From the NCBI GenBank assembly GCA_963732935.1, contig CAVTBK010000001.1, positions 497,624-561,623 on the forward strand: a DNA stretch of 64,000 bases, given 5' to 3'. Shown here piece by piece: positions 19,831 to 29,749 of this stretch; within the stretch, counting starts at the first letter, position 1; the number at the start of each line of letters is the position of its first letter. The notes under the pieces were generated by a model. It saw nothing but the letters and a program-made list of their open reading frames with translations, did no database searches and was not told the DNA's origin. The position numbers and the translations under genes were made by a program. This DNA is from an uncultured Acidobacteriota bacterium. GTDB taxonomy: Bacteria > Acidobacteriota > Vicinamibacteria > Fen-336.

Positions 19831-21066
19831 ATGGCGTCGCGACTGCACCCGACCGTCCGCAGCCTCGGGCTGGTCAGCCTGTTCACGGACGTGAGCAGCG
19901 AGATGATCTTCCCGCTGCTACCCGCCTTCCTGACCGGGGTGCTGCGCGCGGGGCCCGCATTCCTGGGCATCGTCGAGGGCGCGGCCGAGACCGCCGCCGC
20001 CGTCCTCAAGATCGTGTCGGGCCGGGCTTCGGACCGCAGCCGGAGGCGCAAGCCGCTGGTCGTCGCGGGGTACTCGCTGTCCTCGCTCGTGCGGCCGCTG
20101 GTGGCACTGGCGAGCGCTCCCTGGCACGTCCTCGCGATCCGGCTCGCCGACCGGGTCGGCAAGGGCGTGCGGGGCGCGCCGCGGGACGCGCTGGTCGCCC
20201 AGGTCACGCCGGCCGCGGAGCGAGGACGGGCCTACGGCTTCCACCGCGCCATGGACCACGCGGGCGCGACGCTCGGTCCGCTGCTCGCCTCGGCCGTGCT
20301 CGTCTTCACGGACGATCTGCGCCTCGTCTTCGCCCTCGCGGCCCTGCCCGCGGCGGTCGCCGTCGCGACTGTCGCCTTCCGCGTGCACGAGGACCAGCGC
20401 CCGCTGCCGACGGATCCCTCCGGGGCGCGCGCCAGCGCGGAGCCGCTGAGTCCGGCCCCGCCGCTCGGGGGGAACGCGCCGGACGAGGGAGGGCGGAAGA
20501 CGAGCGGGTTCTCACGCTATCTCCTCGTGCTGTCCCTCTTCACGCTCGGCAACTCCTCCGACGCCTTCCTGCTCCTGCGCGCGCAGCAGGCCGGGGTCGC
20601 GCTGGCGTTCGTGCCTCTCGTCTGGTCGCTCCACAACCTGGTGAAGGCGACGGCGAGCACCTCCGGGGGGATCCTGTCGGATCGGATCGGCCGGCGGCGG
20701 ACGATCGTGCTGGGCTGGGGCGTCTACGCGCTCGCCTACTCCGGCTTCGCCCTCGCCCGCTCGGCGTCGGCCGTGGTCGCCCTCTTCGCTTTCTATGGCC
20801 TCTTCCACGCGCTCAGCGAGGGACCGGAGCGGGCGCTGGTGGCCGATCTCTCGGCGGACCGCACGCGCGGGCGCGCCTTCGGCCTCTACCACGCGGTGAC
20901 GGGCGCCGCACTCCTCCCCGCGAGCATCCTGACCGGCGTCGTCTGGCAACGGCTCGGGGGGCCGGCCGCGCTCGCGATCGGCGCCGGCCTGGCCGCGCTC
21001 GCCGCGGTCGGGCTCCTGGCGCTCGTCCCCGAGCCCGGCGCCGCTCGCGCCCCCGCGCGACCTTGA
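19831..21066 (+). CDS. MFS transporter
   Basis: 12 predicted TMs. GGAGCGGAGG RBS. TAGAAT -10 about 30 nt upstream. Confidence 0.75.
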   Translation: MASRLHPTVRSLGLVSLFTDVSSEMIFPLLPAFLTGVLRAGPAFLGIVEGAAETAAAVLKIVSGRASDRSRRRKPLVVAGYSLSSLVRPLVALASAPWHVLAIRLADRVGKGVRGAPRDALVAQVTPAAERGRAYGFHRAMDHAGATLGPLLASAVLVFTDDLRLVFALAALPAAVAVATVAFRVHEDQRPLPTDPSGARASAEPLSPAPPLGGNAPDEGGRKTSGFSRYLLVLSLFTLGNSSDAFLLLRAQQAGVALAFVPLVWSLHNLVKATASTSGGILSDRIGRRRTIVLGWGVYALAYSGFALARSASAVVALFAFYGLFHALSEGPERALVADLSADRTRGRAFGLYHAVTGAALLPASILTGVVWQRLGGPAALAIGAGLAALAAVGLLALVPEPGAARAPARP

Positions 21067-21097
21067 GCTAACCTAGGTAACCTCGGGAGGAGAGCTG

Positions 21098-21814
21098 ATG
21101 GCGACTGCGACGCCGGCGCCGGGCGGGACCATCGACTTCGGTCGCTCGTTCACGTTCGTCACGGAGGACCCGGACTGGATCAAGAAGGTCCTGATCGGAG
21201 GGGCCTTCACGCTCGCCTCGGCGCTGCTGGTCGGCGTCCCGTTCGTGCTCGGCTACTTCGCGCGCACGCTGCGCAACGTGGTCGACGGCGCGGCTCGCCC
21301 GTTGCCGGAGTGGGACGATCTCGGCGGCCTCTTCGGCGAGGGGCTGCGCCTCGCCGTCGTCTACCTCGTCTACGTGATCGGCGGAATGATCGTCGCCGCG
21401 GCGCCCGGCTGCCTGCTGATGGCGCCCGCCATGCTGGCGAGCGGCATGCGCCACGCCGAAGCGACCGGGTCGGCCGAGACGGCCCTGGTCGGCCTCGGCA
21501 TGCTGGCTTTCTACGGCCTCACCATGCTCCTCTCGGTCGCGATCCTCGTCTATCTGCCCGCGGCGCTCGCCCGGGCGGCGCTGCGAGGGACGATCGCGGA
21601 CGGCTTCGACTGGCGCGCGAACGTCGCCTTCATCCGCGCCAACCTCGGCAACTACCTGCTCTCGCTGGTCGCCCTCCTGGTAGCGAGCTTCGCCGCGCAG
21701 TTCGGCCTGCTGCTCTGCTGCGTGGGGATCTTCCCGGCCTCGTTCTGGGCCTACCTGGTGCTGGCCGTGTCGCTCGGCCAGACCGTGCGCCTGAGCCAGC
21801 ACGGCGGCGTCTGA
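21098..21814 (+). CDS. DUF4013-like integral membrane protein
   Basis: GGGAGGAGAG RBS. FTFVTEDPDWIKKVLIGG N-terminus followed by TM-rich body. Confidence 0.55.
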   Translation: MATATPAPGGTIDFGRSFTFVTEDPDWIKKVLIGGAFTLASALLVGVPFVLGYFARTLRNVVDGAARPLPEWDDLGGLFGEGLRLAVVYLVYVIGGMIVAAAPGCLLMAPAMLASGMRHAEATGSAETALVGLGMLAFYGLTMLLSVAILVYLPAALARAALRGTIADGFDWRANVAFIRANLGNYLLSLVALLVASFAAQFGLLLCCVGIFPASFWAYLVLAVSLGQTVRLSQHGGV

Positions 21815-21828
21815 GGCGCGGCCTCTCT

Positions 21829-23163
21829 CTAGAGCAGGTCGGCGACGGTCCGCGCGCCCGCGGCTTCCCGCGCCTTGCCGTGCAGCGCCGCCACCACGGC
21901 CCAGGCCGGCCCCTCTCGGGCCGGCTCGCCGAGCGTGTGACGGGAGGCGAGCGCCACCACGCGTGCCAGGGGCACCCTTTCTGCCGGCAGCGCGAGCATG
22001 AGGCCGACGTCCTCGGAGCGGGGATGCGTCACCTCCACCACCAGGCCCTCGTCCTCGAGGCAACGGACCAACTCGGCGACCGCCTCGAGCCGGAGCGTCA
22101 GCTCCTCGGCGAGGGCCTGCCGGCTGGCGGGCCGGCCCTCGCGCGAAGCGCGCGCGATCGCCGCCAGGACCGGCAGCAGCCACTGCGGGTCGCTGGCCGC
22201 GAAGGCCCCTCGGGTGTCGGGTGTCTCGAACAGCCGGCCCCGCATCGCCTGAAGCGTGAAGGCGACCTCGAGCCCGAAGAGCACGATCAGCCAGTTGAGG
22301 TAGAGCCAGAACAGGAAGAGCGGGATGAGGCCGATCGCCCCGTAGAGCTTGAGGTAGGGCAGGGCGCGGCTGACGTAGAGGCCGAACCCCCACTTCGAGG
22401 CGTCCCAGAGGGCCGCGGCGATGATCGCGCCGGACAGCGCCGGCCGCCAGCGCACGAGGGTGTTGGGCAGGAGCTTGTAGAGCAGCGCCAGCGCCAGGAA
22501 GCTGCCGCCGAGCGAGCCGAACTCGCCCAGGAGCGCGGAGAGGGGCCCGACCACCGGTAGTGCCTCGGCCCGCCCCAGCCAGAACTCGGCGGCGTAGAGG
22601 ACGCTCAGCAGCAGCAGGGGCCCGAGCGTCAGCACCGACCAATAGACCCCGATCCGCGTCAGCCAGCCGCGGCCGCGGGGCGCGCGGTAGATGCGGTTCG
22701 CGGCGTTCTCGAAGGAGACCAGCAGGCTGAGCGCGGCCCAGATCAGGAGCAGGGCCCCGAGCGCGCCGATCGTCTCGAAGCTCAGCCCGCTGACGCTGCG
22801 CACGACCTGGAGGATGCGCTCGTCGAGCATGGCCTTGAACGCGGCCGCCTCCGGCCGGGCCGCGTCCACCTGGTAGTTGAAGAAGCCGTAGGTCGCCCGC
22901 TGCAGCTGGCGCGCGGCGGCGTCCATGTCGCCGAAGAGCCGGAACGCCAGCATCGAGACCATCAGCAGGGGCACCAGGCCGAAGATGGTCCGGTAGGTGA
23001 GGGCGGCGGCCATCTCCCCGGCATCGTCCGAACGCAGCTCGCCGCTGCAGTGGCGCACGAGATCGACCGTATAGCGGAGGCCTCGCTGCGCGCGGTTGAG
23101 CTCGGCGACGGGCCGGCTCACCAGCCACCGCAGGTAGTCCTCGACCTTGGTGATCGGGTCCAT
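21829..23163 (-). CDS. YihY/BrkB (virulence factor BrkB / RNase-BN-like) family membrane protein
   Basis: AALTYRTIFGLVPLL and WxxxxxFGLxVAF motifs. 6 TMs plus C-terminal soluble extension. Confidence 0.75.
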   Translation of the reverse strand: MDPITKVEDYLRWLVSRPVAELNRAQRGLRYTVDLVRHCSGELRSDDAGEMAAALTYRTIFGLVPLLMVSMLAFRLFGDMDAAARQLQRATYGFFNYQVDAARPEAAAFKAMLDERILQVVRSVSGLSFETIGALGALLLIWAALSLLVSFENAANRIYRAPRGRGWLTRIGVYWSVLTLGPLLLLSVLYAAEFWLGRAEALPVVGPLSALLGEFGSLGGSFLALALLYKLLPNTLVRWRPALSGAIIAAALWDASKWGFGLYVSRALPYLKLYGAIGLIPLFLFWLYLNWLIVLFGLEVAFTLQAMRGRLFETPDTRGAFAASDPQWLLPVLAAIARASREGRPASRQALAEELTLRLEAVAELVRCLEDEGLVVEVTHPRSEDVGLMLALPAERVPLARVVALASRHTLGEPAREGPAWAVVAALHGKAREAAGARTVADLL

Positions 23164-23230
23164 GGCGCGATTATCTCCCACTGCCTTCCGGGTCGGCCCC
23201 GGCGCCGATGCTAGAATCGCTCCTCGCCCC

Positions 23231-26200
23231 GTGACCTCGCGTCCTCTGGTCCTGCTCGTCCCTTCCCTGGCAGCGGCGCTCGAGCTGCCGCGGCGGCTCG
23301 CCTCGACCGGGGCGGCCCTGGCGGACCTGTACGCGTGGAAACCGCTCGACCTGGCCCGCGAGGTCGCCGAGCCGGTGCTGCTCGGGCGCGGGCTCCAACC
23401 CTGGACCGGCGGACACGATGCGCTCCTCGCCACCCGGCTGCTGGGTGAGGACGGCGAGCGGGGCCTCGTCCTTCCCCAGGGCGCGCCGCGGGCGCCGGTG
23501 GCGGCGGCGCTGGCTCGTACCCTCGCGGCCCTGCGCCGCAGCCGGGTCGCGCCCGAGGCCGTGGCCGCGCTCGCCGAGCGGGCGGACGACGTCGAGGACG
23601 TCCGGCGCCTCCGCGCGCTCGCCCGTCTCCAGCGCCGCTTCGAGGAAGCCCTCGAGGGCAGGACGGCCGATCCGGTCACGATCCTGGACGCCGCGCGCGC
23701 CGAGCTCGCGCGGGCGCCCCTCCTGGCCGACGCCGAGATCCTGCTGGTCGACGACCTCGAGCTCGAGCCGGGGGAGCTCGCGCTCGTAACCGCGCTCGCC
23801 GAGCGTGGATCCCTGCGTGTCGTCCGCCGGCCGCTGCCGCCCTCACTGCGTCCCGGCTCGCTCCGCGCAGCCCTCGCCGCGCACGGGGTGGCGGAGGTGG
23901 ACTGGTCACTGACCCCGCTCGCCCCGGTGGCGCCTGCCGAGCCGCCCGCGTCGCTCCTCCGGCTGCGCGAGCGGCTCTTCGAGCCCCCGAGCGGCGAGGC
24001 CCTGGAGGACGGCGCGGTCGAGCTGGTGACGGCCGCCGGCGAGGCAGGCGAGGCCCGCGCGGTGGTCCGGCGCCTCCTGCGTGCGGCGGCCGCCGGCGTG
24101 CCCTTCGAGGAGATGGGCGTCGTGCTGCCGCGGCCCGAGGCCTATGCGCCGCTCTTCACGGACCTGCTGACGCGGCTCGGCATCCCGCATCGGCTCCACC
24201 CCTCCTTGCCCCTGCGCTTCGGGCGCGCGGCGCGCTCGCTCCTCCTGCTCTTCCGCTGCCGCGGCCTCGAGCGACCCGCGGTCATGGAGCTCCTGACCTT
24301 CGCGCCGGTCCCCTTCGAGGCGCTGCTCGGCACCGAGGTCGAGGCGTGGCCTTCCCGCTGGGACGCGCTCAGCCGGGAGGTCGGCATCGTCTCCGGATTG
24401 AGCCGCTGGATCGTCGGGCTGCGGGCCGCGGCCGAGGCCGAGCGCGAGGCCGCCGCGGGCGAGCCTGAGGGCGAGCGGCGGAGCCATCGGCTGCGCCAGG
24501 CGGCCGACGCCGAGGCGCTGCTGCACGTGGTCGAGATCCTCGGGGCGACGCTCGAGTCGCTCGCCGGGGAGGCGTCCTGGCCCGAGTGGGTGGAGCGCCT
24601 GCGCACGGTGTGCGACCAGTGGATCGGGGCCGAGCGCGACCGCGACGCGCTGCTCGAGCTGATCGCGGACCTGGGCGCGCTCGGCTCCGTGTCTTCGCGC
24701 GCGGCCTGGGGGGAGGTCGAGCAGGTCCTCGAGGCGCGCCTCGAATGGGAGCGCCTGCCCGCCGATCCCCCGGCGAGCGGTGCCGTGCACGTCGGGGCCC
24801 TCGACGCGATGGCCGGCCTCAGCTTCCGCGTGCTCGCGATCCCCGGTCTGGTCGAGGGCGGCTACCCGGGCGTGTTCCGCCAGGACCCGTTCCTGCTCGA
24901 TGCGGAGCGGATCGCCCTCGCCGCGATGCCGCCGAGCGGCGGAGGGCGGGCGGCGGAGACGGGCGGGCCCCGCGCGCAACGCGTCCCGCGACCGGCGCGA
25001 GGGCGCCACGCGCGAGGACGCGACCAGGCCGGAGGCGCGCAGCTCGAGCTGTTCGGAGGGGCCACGCCGGACGCAAGCGGGCCGGCGCCGGAGGCGGCGG
25101 CGAGAGAGAGGATGCCTCAGGCCTCGACGCCGATCGCGACGCCGCTTCCCACCAGCCAGGATCGTCTCCAGGAAGCCAGGCGGCTCTTTCATCGGGCGGT
25201 CTCGCAGGCGGGCGAGCGTCTCGTCCTCTCCTATCCGCGCGCGGACGGACGCAGCGGGCGCGAGCGTTTGCCGTCGCTCTTCTTCGCCGCCGCAGCCGCG
25301 ACCCTGGCCGGGCGGCCGCTCGCGGGACCCGAGCTCGCGGGGCTCGTGAGCGAGGATGACCCCGCGGCGCTGGCGCTCGAGGACGCGCTCGACGCGGGCG
25401 AGCGGGACCGCCTCCGCCTGCTGCGCGACCCGTCCGCGGCCACGGCGATTGCGGCGGGCTCGGCGTGCTTCCGCCACTCGCGCCTCGCCAGCCAGGCCCG
25501 CTGGTCGGGCCGGCTCACCCGCTACGACGGGATGGTGGGCGACGCCGACGGGACGTTGGCCGAGCGCTTCGATCCCCTGGCGGCCCCGCACCCCGCCTCC
25601 GCCAGCCGGCTCGCGACCTACGCCCGCTGCGGCTTCCAGTACCTGCTCGCGCACGTGATGCACCTCGAGCTCTCGCCCGAGCCGGAGGAACGCAGGCGGA
25701 TCGAGCCGCTCGAGCGGGGCGACCTCTTCCACCGCGTGGCGGAGCGCTTCCTGCGGGAGTGCCGCGACCGGGGCGAGCTGCCGCTCGTCGACGGCGAGCC
25801 GGTCCGCGCGCGCCTGCGCGTGCTGGCCGAGGAGGCGCTCGAGGGGCTGGTCGCGTCGAGCCCGCCGCGCTTCACCCTCCTCTGGCAGCGCGAGAAGCGG
25901 CGCTTCCACGAGACCATGCAGGACTGGCTGGGCCGGGAGGCGGCCGCTCGCGGCCGCTCGACGCCCGTCCACTTCGAGCTCAGCTTCGGCCTCGGCCTGC
26001 GGCCGGGCCCGGAGGAGCCGCACGACCCCGACCCGCTCGAGATCGATCTGGGCGACGGCCGTACGCTGCGCGTCTGCGGGCGGATCGACCGCATCGACCG
26101 CCGCGCGGAGGGCGGCCTCGTGCTGCGTGACTACAAGACAGGGCGGGCCCCGCGCGACGACGGCGGGATCTTCCGCGGCGGGCGGCAGCTCCAGATCCCC

Positions 26201-26509
26201 TTCTACGTGCTGGCGGCAGGCCGGCTGCTGCCGGGCGAGCCGGTGGTCGACGCCTTCCTCGACTACGTCGACGGGGGCCGCCAGGTCGCTTTTCGTCCCG
26301 ATCTCGTGTCGAGCGAGTCGTTCCGCGGTCTGCTGCGGAGCCTGGTCTCGCTGATCGCGCGGGGCGCGTTCGTCCAGGAGCCGACCGCCTGCGACTGGTG
26401 CGACTTCACCTCGGTCTGCGGGCCCAAGGCGCTTCTCGCGCGACGTCAGGGGATGAAGGTGGGGGACGCCGTGTTGCAGGAATACCTGCGCCTGCGGGAC
26501 GTGGGATGA
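23231..26509 (+). CDS. addB: AddB-like double-strand-break repair nuclease (PD-(D/E)XK with C-terminal Cys cluster); start uncertain (GTG 23231 chosen)
   Basis: C-terminal LVLRDYKTGRAP and FxxPxxTACDWCDFTSVCG (Fe-S type nuclease domain). Extended -10 TGcTAGAAT at 23209..23217. Confidence 0.65.
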   Translation: MTSRPLVLLVPSLAAALELPRRLASTGAALADLYAWKPLDLAREVAEPVLLGRGLQPWTGGHDALLATRLLGEDGERGLVLPQGAPRAPVAAALARTLAALRRSRVAPEAVAALAERADDVEDVRRLRALARLQRRFEEALEGRTADPVTILDAARAELARAPLLADAEILLVDDLELEPGELALVTALAERGSLRVVRRPLPPSLRPGSLRAALAAHGVAEVDWSLTPLAPVAPAEPPASLLRLRERLFEPPSGEALEDGAVELVTAAGEAGEARAVVRRLLRAAAAGVPFEEMGVVLPRPEAYAPLFTDLLTRLGIPHRLHPSLPLRFGRAARSLLLLFRCRGLERPAVMELLTFAPVPFEALLGTEVEAWPSRWDALSREVGIVSGLSRWIVGLRAAAEAEREAAAGEPEGERRSHRLRQAADAEALLHVVEILGATLESLAGEASWPEWVERLRTVCDQWIGAERDRDALLELIADLGALGSVSSRAAWGEVEQVLEARLEWERLPADPPASGAVHVGALDAMAGLSFRVLAIPGLVEGGYPGVFRQDPFLLDAERIALAAMPPSGGGRAAETGGPRAQRVPRPARGRHARGRDQAGGAQLELFGGATPDASGPAPEAAARERMPQASTPIATPLPTSQDRLQEARRLFHRAVSQAGERLVLSYPRADGRSGRERLPSLFFAAAAATLAGRPLAGPELAGLVSEDDPAALALEDALDAGERDRLRLLRDPSAATAIAAGSACFRHSRLASQARWSGRLTRYDGMVGDADGTLAERFDPLAAPHPASASRLATYARCGFQYLLAHVMHLELSPEPEERRRIEPLERGDLFHRVAERFLRECRDRGELPLVDGEPVRARLRVLAEEALEGLVASSPPRFTLLWQREKRRFHETMQDWLGREAAARGRSTPVHFELSFGLGLRPGPEEPHDPDPLEIDLGDGRTLRVCGRIDRIDRRAEGGLVLRDYKTGRAPRDDGGIFRGGRQLQIPFYVLAAGRLLPGEPVVDAFLDYVDGGRQVAFRPDLVSSESFRGLLRSLVSLIARGAFVQEPTACDWCDFTSVCGPKALLARRQGMKVGDAVLQEYLRLRDVG

Positions 26510-29500
26510 GCGGCTTTCGCCCCGTCGACGAGGAGGCGCGCGCCCGCACGCGCGGCGACCACGCGTCCAGCCTCGTGCTCGAGGCCGGCGCCGGAACCGG
26601 CAAGACGACCCTGCTGGTGGACCGGATCGAGGCGATGCTGCGCGCGGGCGCGGCCCGCCTGGAGGAGATCGCGGCCGTCACCTTCACCGAGAACGCGGCC
26701 ACCACCATGAAGCTCCGCCTGCGCGAGCGCCTGGAGCGGGCGCGGGCGGACGAACGCCTGCCCGCGAGCGAGCGGGAGCGTGTGGCCGCCGCGCTCGAGG
26801 TCCTCGAGCGGGCCAGCATCTCGACCATCCACGCCCTGTGCGCCCAGATCCTGCAGGAGCGCCCGCTCGAGTGCGGCGTCCTGCCGGGCTTTCGCGTGGC
26901 CGACGAGACGGAGGCGGACCGCCTGTTCACGGCGGCCTGGGAAGAGTGGCTGGGCGAGCACCTGGCCGGGGGCGACGAGGTCCTGCTGGATGCCCTCGAC
27001 CGTGGCATCCCGCTCGAGGGCGAGGGCCCCTGGGGCGAGCGGGGCTCGCTGCGCGGCCTCGCCCGCACGCTCCTCGAGCAGCGCGACCTCCAGCCGCTGG
27101 CCGCCGACGGCGCCTTCGTGCCCGAGGCCGCGCGTGAGGAGCTGCTGGCGCGGGCCGCGCGGACCCGAGAGCTGGTCGCCTCGGTGAGCGAGGGCGACAG
27201 CCTGGCCGGTCGCCTTCTCCGTCTCGCGGAGCTCGCCGAGGAGTCGCGCGGCCTTTCCGGGAAGGACCTCGAGCGGCGGCTGCTGGCCCTCGAGCCGATT
27301 CCAGCCAACTTCGGCTTCAAGCCTCACTGGCCGTCGCCGGAGGCGCTGGCGGAGGGCCGGGCGATCGCGGGCTGGTCGAAGGAGGCCCGCGCCCGCTGGA
27401 CGGCGGCGGTCGGGTCGGACCTGCACGGCCGCCTGGTCCGCGCGCTCGGCGGGGTGGCGGCTCTTTACGAGCGGCGCAAGGCCGAGCGAGGCGTCCTCGA
27501 CTTCCTCGACCTGCTGCTGCGGGCGAGGGACGCCCTCCGCGATCGCGCGGGCGTCCGCGCCTGGTTCGCGCGGCGTTTCCTGCACCTGGTGATCGACGAG
27601 TTCCAGGACACCGACCCGCTGCAGGTCGAGATCGCGCGGCTCCTCACCCGGGGCCGCCCCGGGGGGCTGGTGGTGGTCGGCGACGCCAAGCAGTCGATCT
27701 ATCGCTTCCGGCGCGCGGAGGTGCGGCTCTTCCGCGAGCTGGCCCGGGCCGCGGAGCCGGCCTCGGCGGGGCCGGCCATCCTGCACCTGGTGCAGAACTT
27801 CCGCTCGCGGCCGGCCATCCTGCGCTTCGTCAACCGCGTCTTCGCCGAGCTCATCCAGTCCTCGGAGGAGGCGGATCAGCCGGGCTACGAGGCGATCGCG
27901 CCGCCGCCGGGGCTCCCCGACGAGCCGGCGGTCGTGGCCCTTCGTTTCCCGGCCCCGCCCAACGCGAGCGGGGAGGACCTGCTCAAGGCCGAGGCTGGGG
28001 CCCTCGCGGCCTTTCTGGCCGACATCGGCCGCGGGCGCGAGCCGGTCCGCGATCCCGTCTCGGGCACGGTGCGCCCGAGCCGGGCCGGCGACGTGCTGGT
28101 GCTCGCCCGCCGGCTGACGCAGGTGGCCGCGCTCGAGGAGGCGCTCGAGGCGGCGGGGCTGCGCTTCAGCGTCGAGGGCGGGAAGTCGTTCTTCGACCGG
28201 CAGGAGGTCCACGAGGCGCTCGCGGTGCTGCGGGCGATCGACGATCCTTTCGACCGCATCGCGCTCGTCGCGGCGCTTCGTTCGTCCTTCTTCGGCGTGA
28301 GCGACCGCGACGTCGTGGCCTATGCGCTCGCCGGGCCGCGTCTTTGGGGCCCGATCGACGAGGATCGGCCCGGCGCCGAGGCGCTCGCCCCTGCCTTCGC
28401 CCTGCTCGGGGAGCTGCACCGGCTGCGCCGGCACGCGAGCGTCCCCTTCCTGCTCGAGCGGCTCTACGAGCAGACGCGCGTGCTGGCCGCGCTCACCGGG
28501 TCGCGGCGCGGCGAGGCGCAGATCGCGAACCTGGAGAAGGTCGCGGCGCTCGCGCGGGAGGCCTCGGCGCTCGGCGCCCTGACCCTGCGCGGCTTCACGC
28601 GTCTGCTCGAGGACCGGATCGCGAACGCGCGCGAGGAGCCGGACCTGCCCTCGACGCGGCCGGGAGACCCCGACACCCTGCGGATCCTCTCGATTCACAG
28701 GGCCAAGGGGCTCGAGGCCCCGGTCGTGGCCCTCTACGACACCGCCGACAGCGGCCGCAGCGCGGTCGACACCGTGGCGCTCTGGGACGAGGGGCGCATC
28801 GCGGTGGGCTTCCGGGGCGGCTGCCAGCCTCCGGGCTGGGACGCGCTCGTGCGCCAGGAGGAGAAGAAGGCGCGCGCCGAGTCGCGGCGCCTGCTCTACG
28901 TGGCCTGCACCCGCGCCCGCGACCTCCTCGTGATCCCCCGCCCGCCCGCGGACGCGGCCCTGGGCGACTTCTGGAAGGAGCTCGTGGAGCGGCTCCCGGC
29001 GAAGAGCGACGCCGAGGTGCGCGTCGTCGACGCCGAGACCGTGGCGACCCCCGAGCCGGCCGGCCGCGGGCGCGAGCTGTGGGCGCTCGCTTCGGCCGAA
29101 GGTGGCGACGCCGTCGCCGCCCGCTGGCACGAGGAAAGGCGCCTCCTGCTCGAGCGGGCCGGCGAGCGCCTGCTGCCGATTTCCGCGACCCGGCTGGCGG
29201 CACGCACTGCGCCTCCCCCGGTCGTCGCCGAGGGGGTGAAAGGCGGGCGAGACTTCGGCAGCCTCGTGCACCGGCTGCTGGAGTTGCTTCCCTTCGACGT
29301 CGCGGAGCCGCGCGCCCGGGCGATGGCTGAAGCGCTCGCCCCCTGGTTCGGTCTCGACGCGGCGGCGGCCGAGCGCGCGGCCGTCCAGGTGGAGCAGATC
29401 CTGCGCTCGTCCCTGCTCGAGCGCGCGCGGCGGGCCTCTCGCGTCTGGCGCGAGCTGCCTCTGTGGTTCCCGGACGGCGGGCGTCTGGTCGAGGGCGTCG

Positions 29501-29706
29501 TCGATCTCGTGTTCGAGGAAGACGGGCAGCTGGTGGTCGTCGACTACAAGACCGACGCGATCAGCGAGGAGCAGGCGCTGGCGCAGGCCGCGCACCACGC
29601 GCCGCAGCTCCAGCTCTACGGCCGGGGCCTGGCGCAGGCCCTGGCACGACCGGTGCGCGAGCGCCTGGTCGTCTTCACCACGAACGGCCGCAGCGTGCCG
29701 GTGTAG
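26506..29706 (+). CDS. addA: AddA-like UvrD/Rep-family helicase-nuclease
   Basis: ATGA overlap with addB. Helicase motifs: Walker A AGAGTGKT, HLVIDEFQDTDPLQ, RILSIHRAKGLEAPVV. C-terminal nuclease VVDYKTD. Confidence 0.8.
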   Translation: MSGFRPVDEEARARTRGDHASSLVLEAGAGTGKTTLLVDRIEAMLRAGAARLEEIAAVTFTENAATTMKLRLRERLERARADERLPASERERVAAALEVLERASISTIHALCAQILQERPLECGVLPGFRVADETEADRLFTAAWEEWLGEHLAGGDEVLLDALDRGIPLEGEGPWGERGSLRGLARTLLEQRDLQPLAADGAFVPEAAREELLARAARTRELVASVSEGDSLAGRLLRLAELAEESRGLSGKDLERRLLALEPIPANFGFKPHWPSPEALAEGRAIAGWSKEARARWTAAVGSDLHGRLVRALGGVAALYERRKAERGVLDFLDLLLRARDALRDRAGVRAWFARRFLHLVIDEFQDTDPLQVEIARLLTRGRPGGLVVVGDAKQSIYRFRRAEVRLFRELARAAEPASAGPAILHLVQNFRSRPAILRFVNRVFAELIQSSEEADQPGYEAIAPPPGLPDEPAVVALRFPAPPNASGEDLLKAEAGALAAFLADIGRGREPVRDPVSGTVRPSRAGDVLVLARRLTQVAALEEALEAAGLRFSVEGGKSFFDRQEVHEALAVLRAIDDPFDRIALVAALRSSFFGVSDRDVVAYALAGPRLWGPIDEDRPGAEALAPAFALLGELHRLRRHASVPFLLERLYEQTRVLAALTGSRRGEAQIANLEKVAALAREASALGALTLRGFTRLLEDRIANAREEPDLPSTRPGDPDTLRILSIHRAKGLEAPVVALYDTADSGRSAVDTVALWDEGRIAVGFRGGCQPPGWDALVRQEEKKARAESRRLLYVACTRARDLLVIPRPPADAALGDFWKELVERLPAKSDAEVRVVDAETVATPEPAGRGRELWALASAEGGDAVAARWHEERRLLLERAGERLLPISATRLAARTAPPPVVAEGVKGGRDFGSLVHRLLELLPFDVAEPRARAMAEALAPWFGLDAAAAERAAVQVEQILRSSLLERARRASRVWRELPLWFPDGGRLVEGVVDLVFEEDGQLVVVDYKTDAISEEQALAQAAHHAPQLQLYGRGLAQALARPVRERLVVFTTNGRSVPV

Positions 29707-29730
29707 CGGTCCTGGGGCGCTCCGCGCGCG

Positions 29731-29739
29731 TGCTAGAGT
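29731..29739 (+). promoter_or_regulatory. Extended -10 box TGcTAGAGT exactly 10 nt upstream of ATG 29750 (leaderless-type)
   Basis: TGn plus TAGAGT; no SD between box and start. Confidence 0.35.
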
Positions 29740-29749
29740 CGCTCTGCAG